A stretch of DNA of 64,000 bases. Source: Carpediemonas membranifera BICM. Lineage: Eukaryota; Protista; Fornicata. The translations under genes and the position numbers were made by a program. The stretch covers positions 434,001 through 498,000 of the forward strand of contig JAHDYR010000012.1 in assembly GCA_019828565.1 (NCBI GenBank). The letters are read 5' to 3'. Numbering within the stretch: position 1 is the stretch's first letter; each line of letters starts with the position of its first letter. The notes under the pieces are model-generated. The model was not told where the DNA came from and searched no databases. It saw nothing but the letters and a program-made list of their open reading frames with translations. Positions 28,316 through 39,734 of this stretch are shown piece by piece.

Positions 28316-29617
28316 ATGGTCCGACAACAAGATATGAACGCTTTCGACGTTGGTTCATCCAACGCGCCTCCAACCTTCAACCCCCCGCAGAACATGAATG
28401 CATACATCTGTGATGACGTTGATTCCTCCAATGCTTACCTCGGAATCAGCCCGCTCATCATGCCAATCTTCCCTCCCTCCAGGGCGAAACCTGTGCTTCC
28501 CCGCATCTATTCGCAGTCTGTCTTCGACATGCCGCAGTACAACCAGCTGTGGGACTTCCTCCGCCCCTTCGTCTCTGCCACCCGCCTAATGTTCATGATA
28601 TTCGTCCTCGTGGTCTACATTCCTCTTGTTTTTATCATCATCGGCTTCGTCTGGATCCTCGTCGACGAGCTCATCGACACGTACTACCTCCCCGCCTTCT
28701 CCCTCTTCATCGTGGCGGCGGGGATCATACTGGTCTACATGATCATCTCCAGGGTCCTGTTCCAGCTCGTATGCCTCGTCCTCCACCACCGCCTCTCCCA
28801 GTCTGTCCGAAACTACGAGGCCCTCAACGACCTCAAGGCCCGCGGCATCCACCTTGACGTCCGCTTCAGGGCCAGCCGCATCCCGTTCATCGAGACCCTC
28901 CCGACGACCATGAACTTCGCCAGGACCCAGGTCGCCGTGTCTGTCGAGGTCGAGCAGGTCGTCATGTCCCATGGTGGATCCGCCACCTTCCTCGTCGGCG
29001 GCAACAGCATGAGCCTCATGGGCGTCGAGTCCTATGTCCCCCACTTCGTCCTGCCCTTCCTCTCTCCGTCCCAGTGGCTCGCCGCGCTCTCGGCCCTGAA
29101 GACGGGCGTCGTCAAGTACTCCGTGCTCCACGTCGCCACGAACGTTGCCGCGTTCGTCGTCTTCTTCGTCATCTGCGGCGGCTACCTCTCGCTGCTCCTC
29201 TGGCCTCTCTGGGGCGACAACTTCGCCGACATCTCCCTGTTCAACTACCGCGTCACCTACATCGCATCGTCCATACTCTACGTCGTCCTCAGCATCGTGA
29301 CGTTCGGTGTCAGTGAAACGATCTCCAGGGCCCTCAGCATCCGTCTGCTGAACCAGACTAGGTCCGTGTGTGCCCAGCTCAACGCCCTGCACCCCACCCT
29401 ATGCTTCGCCGCACGGACTCCGATCAGGAAATTCAAACTGCGGACGTATTCGAGACGCGTACGGCAGCGGCGGGCCCGCATGTCGACGTCGATCTGCGTG
29501 GACGTCTCCGTCCGGGAGGGCGCCCTTGTGCGGCCCGACTTCGTTCCTAGCGCCCCTCTGCTGGGCGACGTTGACCTTTTGACGGCGGTCGACCAGCCCA
29601 TGCCGTACCAGGAGTAG
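28316..29617 (+). CDS. Hypothetical membrane protein (two pairs of TM helices); start uncertain
   Basis: Long ORF with strong coding bias and four hydrophobic segments. Confidence 0.75.
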   Translation: MVRQQDMNAFDVGSSNAPPTFNPPQNMNAYICDDVDSSNAYLGISPLIMPIFPPSRAKPVLPRIYSQSVFDMPQYNQLWDFLRPFVSATRLMFMIFVLVVYIPLVFIIIGFVWILVDELIDTYYLPAFSLFIVAAGIILVYMIISRVLFQLVCLVLHHRLSQSVRNYEALNDLKARGIHLDVRFRASRIPFIETLPTTMNFARTQVAVSVEVEQVVMSHGGSATFLVGGNSMSLMGVESYVPHFVLPFLSPSQWLAALSALKTGVVKYSVLHVATNVAAFVVFFVICGGYLSLLLWPLWGDNFADISLFNYRVTYIASSILYVVLSIVTFGVSETISRALSIRLLNQTRSVCAQLNALHPTLCFAARTPIRKFKLRTYSRRVRQRRARMSTSICVDVSVREGALVRPDFVPSAPLLGDVDLLTAVDQPMPYQE

Positions 29618-30048
29618 GCATCGAATAAACTGCGTGACACTTGGATCATGGCCTTGAACCAAGGGATTCGGGTCGTCACCGCCCGTACGAGCCCCAGGTG
29701 ACGGCCTGGCCCATCCGCTTCGTACTGTGGGGCTGCGAGAGTGTTAATAAGGCACACGGACTTGACCTGTTTCTGGGTCGACCAGACAGACCACGATGCA
29801 CTGAGCAGGCAGTCACATCCGATGCCTGGCATGACACCTGAGTTACAGCTTCAAAGAGAGCGCCTCCTAGTAGCATGAGGTCGACTCCAAGAATCTGTGC
29901 GTCACAACCCCCTGCCGCAGACTCCAAGGTTGAGTGCAAGGGCTGATCGTGACACGGGACTTCGTTATAAAGAGCTGACCCACTTCGTCCATAAGCCAAA
30001 CAAGCCATACTCTTAAGTAACTTTATACAATCTACATGGCTAACAGCT

Positions 30049-30891
30049 CTACAACAGCTGGATCAGCACGTCGCCCGCCAGGTTCACGAAGGCGCGCGTC
30101 ACCCGGCGGAGGCGGCCATTCCTTCTGCGGTTCCGCTCTGCGATGAGGGCGGCTCTGGCGCTCAGGTCGGCATCGGCCTCGGGCAGGAGGTCGGGCTCGG
30201 GCTCGGGCTCCGGGCTCACAGGAATGAGGAGGACCTCCTCGGTGGCGGACCGGGAGAGCGCGTGGGGCGAGCCAGATGCGTCCGAGCGGACGAACGAGTC
30301 GAAACGGTACGTGCCGTCGAACAGCTCGATCATCTGGCCCGGCACGAGTGAGACTCTGGGGGAAGCGGCGTCCATGGTTGAGCGGGTGGCGCCTCCGTCG
30401 AATGTGGCAGCCTGGGCGGGACTAGTGGACCTCTCGGTCATGTCCGACCAGAGGTCATCGATGTCCATGCCATAGTTGTTGGTGAACGATCGGCCGCCGG
30501 CCTCGATGATGTCCATGAGCTCCTGGGGTGTCGGCTTTGGCTTGGGCTTCTTATGCTGGGGCTTGGGCCCGTTGGGGACGGTTCTGAAGTGTCTCTCCTC
30601 GGTGGGTACGCGGACAACCATAACCTTCTTTGGCGGAGTAACCTCCCGTCGGCGGTGAATTTTGCTCAGGTCCGCCGGTTCAGGGATCTTCAGGGGCTTC
30701 GAAACATGACGTTCAAGTTGTACATGGTGGCTATGATGTTCCCGAGGGCGTTCGTCATGAGTTTTCGTGTGATGATGAACATTGCGGTTCTTATTCTGTT
30801 CTTCTTCTCGGCGCTTTCGCCTCCGGCGTTCTGAAGGCAGTTCCTTGCTGTATTTGCTGCCAGAATGAGGTTTACCAGGCTTTCGATCCAT
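30049..30891 (-). CDS. Hypothetical basic, low-complexity protein
   Basis: 280-aa ORF from ATG at 30891 with coding-like composition. No known motif. Confidence 0.65.
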   Translation of the reverse strand: MDRKPGKPHSGSKYSKELPSERRRRKRREEEQNKNRNVHHHTKTHDERPREHHSHHVQLERHVSKPLKIPEPADLSKIHRRREVTPPKKVMVVRVPTEERHFRTVPNGPKPQHKKPKPKPTPQELMDIIEAGGRSFTNNYGMDIDDLWSDMTERSTSPAQAATFDGGATRSTMDAASPRVSLVPGQMIELFDGTYRFDSFVRSDASGSPHALSRSATEEVLLIPVSPEPEPEPDLLPEADADLSARAALIAERNRRRNGRLRRVTRAFVNLAGDVLIQLL

Positions 30892-31472
30892 TCGAAGTGA
30901 GTGGTTGTAGATGCACTTCAAGCTTAACACGAACTGAGATAAAACGAGATTATTGAATCTTACAGTCGTATATATGACTGTAGAACGCGTCACTAGGTTG
31001 GCACTGGCTCATTGAGCGAGGATCGGGCTTTTAATCCAGCCCAACCCGCCCCAAACCTTGGTAAAGAACAGGAATGAAAGAATCCAAAGAGCACAGTGGG
31101 GCGTCCACCACATAATACTGGGGTGCGGCATTGACACTACTCGCGCCTAATTGCGGTGAAGGGCCTGGCGGGCCCGGGGGGCGGCCCTCAAGGGTTGGTC
31201 GTGTCTGGTCAAATGAGAAAACGTGTGGCAAACAGAAACTGCGGCAAATCACGCTTGCATCGTGCCCTTGACTGTCACACGGGCCATTCTGACCGGCATT
31301 GTAAAAAAGAAATATTTCTAGCCCTTATCTTCACTCGGCTTTCCGGCCGGAGATTTAAATAATCAATTTAGCGAGGCGGCGAAAAGACAAAAATCGCGCC
31401 ACATGCGATCAAACATACCTGACCAACACGCTCCCATCTCCCAGTGTAGCGATGACAAGCTTTATTACAGCC

Positions 31473-34400
31473 TCAAGCGCTACATCCCTTAAACAGCGCG
31501 AACCCGCGGCGCCGCTTTTGGGTTAGCCAGAAGTTCATCCGCTTCTCGATCGACCCCTTAGCTACGTCGAGCGCCTCATCCAGTGTTTCCTTGTCGCGCA
31601 CCTTAACGACATCGCCGCCCTTCGAGACGAACGACACCTCGAGATTTGGGCCGAACCTGTCCGCCACCCCGTGCTTGAACGCGGAGTACTCGATGTTATC
31701 CAGCATCAGGGCGTCGTGCATCGAGTGTCTAAACACAAACCGCACCATCATGTCGGAGACCTCGCCCTCCCGTCGCCTGGTCGTCCATGTGAACATGCTG
31801 GGCGGCTGGGGCGGGCTCTTGTTGGGAGGCAGTGACCCAGTGCCGACCGGTCCTGAGTCGGCGAGGGGGTCGCGGCCCTTGGGGGCGGGGGAGGCGGGTG
31901 GCTTGCTCTTGCCGACCATGCCCTGTAGCGACGTCACCATCTTCTGCAGCTGTGCGTTCTCCCGCCTCAGCTCAGTGATGGATGCCTTGAACCGCTCGAT
32001 GGCGGCCTCGTCCTCCTTGCGCTGCTTGCTGGCCTCTGTCGCCCGCTCCATCAGCATGTCCTTGATCTGCTTCTCCTCCGCCCGCTCCTTCTCCGCCCTA
32101 CCAAGCGCCGCGGAGAGCCGTTTGACATCCCCCTCAAGCCGTCTCGTCCGGCTCTTCTCGGCCGACAGCTCGACCAGCGCCTTGTCGAGCTCGTCCGCGG
32201 AGACGATGTCGTTGTTGCTCCGCGGGGTGACTGCCCTGGGAGATGTGGCAGCGCCCCGGTCCACTGACACCCGCCGCACGGGCGCCAGGGCTGGGATGAC
32301 GGGAGCCTCGCCCTCGGAACTCTCGGCCTCGCTGGTCTCGCCGCTGGTGTCGCCGCTGGGCTCCTCCTGGATGGAGACGAGGCTGGTGAGGTCACCGTCG
32401 GGGCTGTCGTTAAACTGCTCCATCTGCTTGATGAATATTGACGCCCGCTGCCGCTGCCTCGACTGCACCTGGGACACCCGCCGGATCGTGCCGTGCTGCG
32501 TGAGGACGTCCAGCCGCTCATCTACGGCTGCCCTCGCCCCGATGGTCCTGGACGAGGCAGAAGCTGTCTCCTTGAGCTCGCTGAAGAAGGCCATGCGGAG
32601 CTGAGTGATCACGGGAAGCACGCAGATGTCGTCGAGCACGGCCTTGCCGCTCACCGGGTTCATGGTGTGCCCCCCGAACGTCATCACACGCCCGTCGATG
32701 AGGGCAGCGGCATGCCCCGACCGGGCGCTGGGGAGGCTCTGCGGGGAGATGCGCGGCCTCGTCCAGGCCAGGTCCCGCGTGTCGAGGAGGTACGTGTCGA
32801 AGTACTCGTGCAGCTGGGACCGCCCGAAGAGGACGACGACCTGCGACCCGACCAGCGTCGCCGTGTGTTGGTAACGGGTCGGGGGTCGGACGGATTCGGC
32901 CCCCGGGCTGGGCTGGGCGGTCCCCCAGACCCTCGTTGTCGTGTTGAGAACCCAGACGTCCTGGATCATGCCTTCCCGACCAATCCCGCCGATGACGAAG
33001 ATCCGCTGGCCAACGGCGGTGGCCGTGTGCCAGGCGACAGTCGGAGGGACCTTACCCGAGCACGGCATCTCCGTCCAGGCCTGCTCGGTGATGTTGAAGC
33101 GCCACACGTCGTTCAGGAAGTTGCTGTGGGCGTCCCGACCGCCGATGACGTAGATGCTGTCGCCGACGACCGTCATGGCGTGAGCACAGCGGGCTGAGGG
33201 CCACATCGTCTCGACCCCGGCCTTCTCGATCTTGTTGACCGACCAGTCGACGGGGTTGAGGCTGTAGAGACCGTCAAGACGATCCTGACCGTCGTACCCG
33301 CCGAATATATAGATACGGTCGCCATCCTGAGTCGGGACGCGGCATGTCGCGTGCCAGTAGGCCTTGGGCAGCTCTCCGATGGTGTCGGGAGTGTACCAGG
33401 CCGTCTTCTCGGGCACATACACATGCAGGTGGTTGGTGGCAACGTGCTTCTTGGGATTAGTACAACCCCCGAAGCACACAGCTCTCTCCAGCAGCTCCGT
33501 GCCGTCCTCAGAGGGGATCAGGATCTGTGTGAGGGTGTGGTACGTCCGTCCGGTCGGGGGAAGGCCGGCTAGCATCGACGCGTCCGTGGACGACCTCTCG
33601 AGGGCGGTGCGGACGTCCCTGGTGATCGACCCGTCGACGGCCATGCCCGTGCGGAGGGTGTTCCAGACGAGGACGTCGTCCATGGCGGGCCGGGAGAGGG
33701 CGTCGAGGGTCAGCTGGAGGGACGTGAGCCACAGCCGCTTGGTCTCCGCGTCCGGGGCATACACTGTGAACGAGTTCTTGCCGACGTCGAGGACGATGGC
33801 GTTTGCCCTGTCCCCGGCGTCGAGCTGGTCCTTGTAGGAGACGCTCTTGATGGGATACACGCCTGCTGCCTCGAACTTGCGGTCCCTCTTGCCGCTCCTG
33901 TGCTTGCACCGCAGCAGGATGTCGCTGAAGAGATACCAGTGGTCTGCGGCCTTGTCCTTCTTCCCCAGCTCGACGTACGGGTGTTCGGATAGATCGCTGT
34001 CGAGCACGTAGCGGCGGTGTGGCTGGACGAGATCGTCGAAGCCCTGAATGAGCGTCGCCGCGTTCAGCATCTTCTCCAGCTTCTCCGCGGACCTCTTCCG
34101 TTCGTTCACGTACGTCGCCACCTGCTGCACAGTCGAGTAAGCGTCCGTCAGGGAAGGCCAGTCAACGTGGGATGACCGGGTGTTCTTGAGCAGCTCCTTG
34201 AGCAGCATCTCGTACCTAGGGATGCGCTGGATGGGAAGGATCAGGTATGACGCGAGGTCCTTGCCCTCCGTCGTCAGGGCGTTGACATGGTCTCGGAAGG
34301 CGCCGTTCTTCTTCATCAGACGGGTCATGATGCCCAGCGCGCCGTTGTAGTTGTTGACGTACTGGGCGTACAGCTTAAGGAAGGGTGCAAGTTGGATGAA

Positions 34401-34940
34401 CGTCGGCCCGATCTCCTGGATGAAGCCCCAGGCGACCCAGGCGTTCTCGAGAGAGGCCAGAAGCATGTTGTTAAACTCTATGATGGCCTCGACGCCCATG
34501 AACAGCTCTCGGCCCTCGGCCTGCGACAGGATGGGCTTCTTGGCGCTCTTGCTCGTCGTCAGCGGGGTGATGTACAGCTCCTGCAGCTCCCCCAGCTGCT
34601 TCACATACGTCTGCTCGGTGGCACGGAGCTCGTTGACGATCCTGTTCCGCTTGATGGCCTTTTGGTATGCCTGGTTCTTACGGAGAAGAATCATCCTTGT
34701 TCGCCAACCAAGAATGATCGGCGCAAGGAATACCTGCGCGGACTCCCTGGTGAACTCGATCTTCGGCTTGCTAATCTCGCCAGTCTCGATGCCACTGAGG
34801 ACGTCGTCGCTGAAACTGGCCTCGTCTGGTTCCCCGAGCTTGGATCCGGGAAGTTCGGCCTCGAGCGCTTCGTCCTCGTGCTTTGTTGTTGCTCGTCTCA
34901 TCATTTGTCGTTGTAGTGAAGCCATTAGAGCGGAATCCAT
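31473..34940 (-). CDS. RhoGEF (DH-PH) + Kelch repeats + coiled coil + PB1-like C-terminus
   Basis: DH motifs ELRATEQTYVKQL and LILPIQRIPRYEMLLKELLK; PH motifs WYLFSDILL and RLWLTSL; Kelch repeats FGGYDG, VIGGRD, RSGHAA, FGGH; PB1-like GDVVKVRDKETLDEAL. Confidence 0.9.
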   Translation of the reverse strand: MDSALMASLQRQMMRRATTKHEDEALEAELPGSKLGEPDEASFSDDVLSGIETGEISKPKIEFTRESAQVFLAPIILGWRTRMILLRKNQAYQKAIKRNRIVNELRATEQTYVKQLGELQELYITPLTTSKSAKKPILSQAEGRELFMGVEAIIEFNNMLLASLENAWVAWGFIQEIGPTFIQLAPFLKLYAQYVNNYNGALGIMTRLMKKNGAFRDHVNALTTEGKDLASYLILPIQRIPRYEMLLKELLKNTRSSHVDWPSLTDAYSTVQQVATYVNERKRSAEKLEKMLNAATLIQGFDDLVQPHRRYVLDSDLSEHPYVELGKKDKAADHWYLFSDILLRCKHRSGKRDRKFEAAGVYPIKSVSYKDQLDAGDRANAIVLDVGKNSFTVYAPDAETKRLWLTSLQLTLDALSRPAMDDVLVWNTLRTGMAVDGSITRDVRTALERSSTDASMLAGLPPTGRTYHTLTQILIPSEDGTELLERAVCFGGCTNPKKHVATNHLHVYVPEKTAWYTPDTIGELPKAYWHATCRVPTQDGDRIYIFGGYDGQDRLDGLYSLNPVDWSVNKIEKAGVETMWPSARCAHAMTVVGDSIYVIGGRDAHSNFLNDVWRFNITEQAWTEMPCSGKVPPTVAWHTATAVGQRIFVIGGIGREGMIQDVWVLNTTTRVWGTAQPSPGAESVRPPTRYQHTATLVGSQVVVLFGRSQLHEYFDTYLLDTRDLAWTRPRISPQSLPSARSGHAAALIDGRVMTFGGHTMNPVSGKAVLDDICVLPVITQLRMAFFSELKETASASSRTIGARAAVDERLDVLTQHGTIRRVSQVQSRQRQRASIFIKQMEQFNDSPDGDLTSLVSIQEEPSGDTSGETSEAESSEGEAPVIPALAPVRRVSVDRGAATSPRAVTPRSNNDIVSADELDKALVELSAEKSRTRRLEGDVKRLSAALGRAEKERAEEKQIKDMLMERATEASKQRKEDEAAIERFKASITELRRENAQLQKMVTSLQGMVGKSKPPASPAPKGRDPLADSGPVGTGSLPPNKSPPQPPSMFTWTTRRREGEVSDMMVRFVFRHSMHDALMLDNIEYSAFKHGVADRFGPNLEVSFVSKGGDVVKVRDKETLDEALDVAKGSIEKRMNFWLTQKRRRGFALFKGCSA

Positions 34941-35127
34941 GGCGTATAGAGTAAAAGTTCGATGTGTTGTCGTTAAACTGCCCCTCCCGCTCGAGAACGC
35001 CCAGTCGACGCTGGGAAAGCATGTGTCACCAACCACACACACCGGCCCATTATCACCCAGTTGGATCCATAATTCAATAAGTCGGACTCAGCAAGTCCCA
35101 GCAGAAACTCAGCAAACTGTTTTACAA

Positions 35128-35868
35128 TCATCCCCTGCTCTGCATGCCCGCCACCGCCCAGCTCTTGGCGAAGCCACTCTCCTGGCCCCTGAACTCCGGC
35201 GGGATCTTGGGGCAGGAGGGCGGGGCGAACCCGTGGTCCCTGCGCCGCTCCATCCGCTCATGGGGGCCCTCGAACGCCATGGTCCGTCCTGTGTTCATGA
35301 CGTACCCGCTCGACCGGGGTCTGGAGGGCAGTGAAGCGGACAGGCGGGACTGGGGCGGGGCCGTGTGGCCGTTGGACGTGGAGTAGTCGGGGATCGTGGT
35401 CGCGGCGCCCAGCACGCTGCATCCGGTTAGACTGGTGCCCGACACGAAGCCCGACGCGACCGTGCGGGGAACACCGTGGGCTCTGCCGAGCTGAGGCGGG
35501 GGACAGGATCGACGGAACACGGAGGGGTCATAGTCCACCATGACACACGTCCCGACGGTCTCGGCGACCGGTGGGCGTCTCGTGTGGGCGGCGGTGACGG
35601 GGCGGGGGCGGGGGACCGGGTGTTCGGCACCACGGCCGTAAGAATCATTAGAAACCGACCGCGCGGGCATTCTCTCAGCAACGGGAAGGAATGGATTGTC
35701 GGTCTTGTTACTGCACACTGGTGGCGGGCCGTGTGGACGGGCATTGGCGCTGTGCCGAGCAATCACTGTTTCCTGCGCAGCTTTCTGGGTCGTCATGCCA
35801 TCCAATTTAGCCTCTGGACGCCAGACGGCCTTGTAGTTACTTCTAAAGCCAGATGACTGAACAATCAT
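35128..35868 (-). CDS. Hypothetical protein with repeated SGF/SGY motifs (possible ciliary microtubule-inner protein)
   Basis: ORF containing SSGFRSN, ASGFVSG, SSGYVMN and ESGFAKS. Start is uncertain. Confidence 0.55.
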   Translation of the reverse strand: MIVQSSGFRSNYKAVWRPEAKLDGMTTQKAAQETVIARHSANARPHGPPPVCSNKTDNPFLPVAERMPARSVSNDSYGRGAEHPVPRPRPVTAAHTRRPPVAETVGTCVMVDYDPSVFRRSCPPPQLGRAHGVPRTVASGFVSGTSLTGCSVLGAATTIPDYSTSNGHTAPPQSRLSASLPSRPRSSGYVMNTGRTMAFEGPHERMERRRDHGFAPPSCPKIPPEFRGQESGFAKSWAVAGMQSRG

Positions 35869-35978
35869 CGAATGAAATGTTGATGGAACTTCGGAATGAC
35901 GAAGTGGCATAATCTGCACATCGATGTGACAGTGCCAAGCTCATAGCTCATACCACTGCTATGTTTATGTACAATAGC

Positions 35979-37640
35979 TCATTCATTCACACCCCTAGCA
36001 ACCTCCCGGTGCGCCCTCATGTCCCACATCAGCAGCGGTAGCGGCAGGGCCACGTCCCGCACAACGGGGGCGGGATGCGGCACGATGCCGCCGTATGTAC
36101 CCGTCGGGATGACGACGGTCTCGTCCGTCTCGTCAATCCCGAGCCCGTCCGCCAGCCCGGCGGCGAATAGCCCGTCACTGGTCCTGAAGTAGGTCTGCGT
36201 GCCCGTCGACATGATCTCCGTGATGCCCCTCAGGGGGACCTGTACCCAGTCCGCCACGGCCTCCCCCCAGACGCCCAGGGCCCCGGTGGAGTTGGCGCCT
36301 ATGGCGTACCACATGCCGTTCTCCCGGCGACAGTACAGGAAGCTATGGAAGTCACCCCCGAAGTGCGTGATCGGCCAGGGGAAGGGCAGCTCGATCGGCT
36401 GCAGCCCTGTGTACCCCGCGATCTCCCGGGGGAGGGGCAGACCCGTGAGTCGGCCCGCGACGAGGATGCGGCCGGCGCTGTGGAAGAAGGAGAAGATGCC
36501 GTTGGAGTACATGTCCGCGACAGGGAACGGCAGCTCGGCGAACACGGAGAGCCGGCTGCTATGGCCGAGGCCGAGACACCCGAACGCGTTGGTGCCGCAC
36601 ACAAGCCTGCGTCTGCCCTGGCACAGCGTTAGGACGGGGTCAGGGCCGTCGTCGGTCGTCTCGAGGGACGTCAGGGTGAATGTGATCGGCAGCGGCACCA
36701 TTCTGAAGGTCGGGATGCACATCGTCCGGACTGTACTCTGCGGGATGCCGACGCCCAGTGCCCCGCCCGTGTTCCGCCCCGCCCCGACGACGCCGACGGG
36801 GGTGCGGACGAAGACCATGTCGCCCGTCATCTTGACGTCGATGGCGAGCTCGTCCTTGTGCCAGCAGGGCAGCGAGGCCTCGTACTCGGCCACGTCATCG
36901 CAGTCGGGGAAGGACACGCGGGACGGACGGGTTACCGTGGGGTCGGTCAGCCCGAGGCCGAGCTGGCCGTGGGAGTTGTTGCCCCACGCGTAGAGCCCGA
37001 GGGCGGAGATGCCGACGGTGACTCCCTCCTCGACGTGGATGCGGTGTATCGGGGGCATTCGCTGCCACGACCAGGCAACAAGGTCCTCCAGCGTCTGCTC
37101 TGAGTCGGGCACGTACTCCATGTGGAAGAGACGGCCGTTGTACGAGGCGTAGGAGCCGTCCCACGGGATGGCCTCCCGGGACGCCACCTGCTGGACGAAG
37201 TAGAACTTCTTGCACAGGAAGAAGAAGCCGTTGGCTGGGCTTCCCCGCTCGAGCTCCGGGCTGGCCCCGCCCGCCACCAGGGCGGCGAAGAGGGTGCCCT
37301 GGAGCAGGGTGTACAACCGCTCGGGCAGGGGCGCGTCGTGTATTGGAATGCCCATCGACAGCGCGGGTCGGCCCGCCAGGCTCTGCAACACGACGCCCAG
37401 GCGTCGTGTACCGTCGTCGACGGTGTTCCTCAGTGCACGGTCCGCCCGAGCGGTGCTGGGCCGGATATCGGCCAGGCGGGCTCGGACCCTGTCGAGACCC
37501 TCGGCCAGCCCCACGATGTCGAGCATGGTAACGGGATGGGGGACGATGTGGCGGCATGTGGATCGTTCGATATCGTGTATGATCGAGCGGAGGATGCGGG
37601 GGATGTCCCCGGGGAGAGTCTCAGTGACTTCGAGGGACAC
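35979..37640 (-). CDS. RCC1/BLIP-II-like beta-propeller protein
   Basis: LYAWGNNSHGQLGLG, CGTNAFGCLGLG, AIGANSTGALGV repeats. Confidence 0.85.
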   Translation of the reverse strand: MSLEVTETLPGDIPRILRSIIHDIERSTCRHIVPHPVTMLDIVGLAEGLDRVRARLADIRPSTARADRALRNTVDDGTRRLGVVLQSLAGRPALSMGIPIHDAPLPERLYTLLQGTLFAALVAGGASPELERGSPANGFFFLCKKFYFVQQVASREAIPWDGSYASYNGRLFHMEYVPDSEQTLEDLVAWSWQRMPPIHRIHVEEGVTVGISALGLYAWGNNSHGQLGLGLTDPTVTRPSRVSFPDCDDVAEYEASLPCWHKDELAIDVKMTGDMVFVRTPVGVVGAGRNTGGALGVGIPQSTVRTMCIPTFRMVPLPITFTLTSLETTDDGPDPVLTLCQGRRRLVCGTNAFGCLGLGHSSRLSVFAELPFPVADMYSNGIFSFFHSAGRILVAGRLTGLPLPREIAGYTGLQPIELPFPWPITHFGGDFHSFLYCRRENGMWYAIGANSTGALGVWGEAVADWVQVPLRGITEIMSTGTQTYFRTSDGLFAAGLADGLGIDETDETVVIPTGTYGGIVPHPAPVVRDVALPLPLLMWDMRAHREVARGVNE

Positions 37641-37699
37641 ATCAAGTAGGGGGACCAGCTCTGCACCAATGTCGAGCAGGGAGTTCTGTACTGACTGGG

Positions 37700-37983
37700 T
37701 TAGCGGACTGGGAGGATACGCACGGCAATGAGCCCGGATGTTCTCTCGATGTAGAGCACAAGCTCCTGAGCTGCACTCGAAATATGGGTTACAGCTTCAA
37801 TAATGTCATCCGCTGGTTCGGGGGCGGTGTATAGGTGTGAGAGGGACTGTGTCGTGCGGTGAAGTGTATTCAGCGCATCCACTGCGCTGTCGTGGCAAAA
37901 TCTAAGATCCGTTCTTGGTTCAGTTTGGTTGTGTTGGCCATGTTCGAGTTCGTGTTCGTTTGATCCGCGCGTAGTGTCCTGCA
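37700..37983 (-). CDS. Possible small hypothetical protein (MQDTTRG...)
   Basis: Short ORF between genes with weak support. Start coordinate is approximate. Confidence 0.3.
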
Positions 37984-38280
37984 TTTGAATTGTCAGATTT
38001 GCGCACAGAGAACTGGCAAGACGCGTTTTGGGCTCAATTTCCGCGTATTGTATTAACTGGTGTCTGGATAGCCCTTCAGTCGTATCCTCAACAGAATCCC
38101 ATTTTCCTTGTGGCCGACCTTGAAACTCAAAAATGAAAATGCATCCCATGTTGCTCATACCTCCATAGAGAGCTCAGTGCATCCCACCCTTCTGCCTGCA
38201 AAGTCGTTGGAAGGAGCGGGCTAAAGCTGCTGAGAATTTTTTCAAGCAACAGCGAGGTTGAGAATCGAGCCTCAGAAAGA

Positions 38281-39581
38281 ATGTCCAGTGTTAGCGATCG
38301 TGAAATTAACATGGCTCGTGAAGCGAACAAGAACCGCGATAGCCGGTTCCAAACTGACGACGTCTTGCGTAGGAAGGGAAATAGCTTCGAGGTTTGTTCC
38401 TGCCCCCCTGCAGGCAGCTATACTGCTTACTACAGGATTATTATTTGAAGAAAGAACTGTTGCTTGGTCTGTATGAGAACGGGTTTATGTATCCGTCTCC
38501 GATCCAGGAAGCCACCATCCCCATCGCAATGACCTCCAAGCACATCCTCGCCCGCGCCAAGAACGGCACCGGCAAGACGGGGTCGTACCTCATCCCGATC
38601 CTGGACATGGTGGACCGCTCGATCAACAAGGTGCAGGCCGTGATCATCGTCCCGACAAGGGAACTCGCCCTGCAGGTCTCAGCCGTCGCCAAGGCCCTCA
38701 GCACGCACCTCGACCTCAACATCATGTGCTCCATCGGCGGTACCAACTACAAGGACGACATTCTCCGCCTCAAGGGCTCAGTCCACATCCTCATCGGCAC
38801 CCCCGGCCGCATCCACGACTTCACTGAGCGCGGCATCTTCGCCACGGACGCCTGCCACATGATCGCACTCGACGAGGCCGACAAGCTGCTCGACGACAAC
38901 TTCCTGCCCGACGTCGAGGCGGTGATCAGCGCCCTCCCCGCCCAGCGCCAGATCCTCCTCTTCAGCGCCACGTTCCCCAAGCTCGTGCAGAAGTTCAGCC
39001 AGCAGTACATGCCCGGCGCCCACGAGATCAGTCTGATGAACGAGCTCACTCTCAAGGGCATCACTCAGTACTACGCCTTCGTCGACGAGCGCCAGAAGCT
39101 GCAATGCCTCAACACGCTGTTCGCCCAGCTCGCCATCAACCAGTGCATGATCTTCTGCAACTCCAACAACCGCGTGGCGCTCCTGGCCCGCAAGATCACG
39201 GACCTCGGTTACTCGTGCCTCTACATCCACTCCCGCATGAGCCAGGACGACCGCAACAGGGTCTTCCACGACTTCAGACGCGGCGCCGTCCGTAACCTCG
39301 TCTGTTCAGACCTGTTCACCCGCGGCATCGACATCCAGGCGGTCAACGTCGTCGTCAACTTCGACTTCCCCACCACCAGCGAGACATACCTCCACCGCAT
39401 CGGCCGGTCTGGTCGTTTCGGCCACCTCGGCATCGCCATCAACCTGATCGGCATGGACGATCGCTTCAACCTCTACCGCATCGAGCGCGAGCTCAACACG
39501 ACGATTGAGCAGATTCCCCGCTCCATCCCCGCGGAGCTGTACGCCTCGTCGGGCGAGGAGCCCCTCCCTGCCGACATCTGA
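38281..39581 (+). CDS. DDX6: DEAD-box RNA helicase DDX6/Dhh1, 418 aa; intron 38392-38435
   Basis: Spliced [23 protein letters not shown]; [41 protein letters not shown]. Confidence 0.96.
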
Positions 39582-39734
39582 GGTAAACCATCCCCTTGCT
39601 TGCTGGTGTTTGAGGTTGTTGGTGTTAGTTATGTGGATGGAGGGTGAGAGAATGAAGAGCAGCGCTCAATGAACAGACACACCGCATGGCATGGAGCTGG
39701 GCTTTACAGTCATGGGGGCGGCGCCGCAGTGCGA

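Noticed and set aside
31000-31470. Possible structured ncRNA in the intergenic gap (also 29620-30040 and 40000-40460)
   Set aside because: Only isolated GC hairpins; no snRNA, snoRNA, SRP or RNase P consensus recognised.
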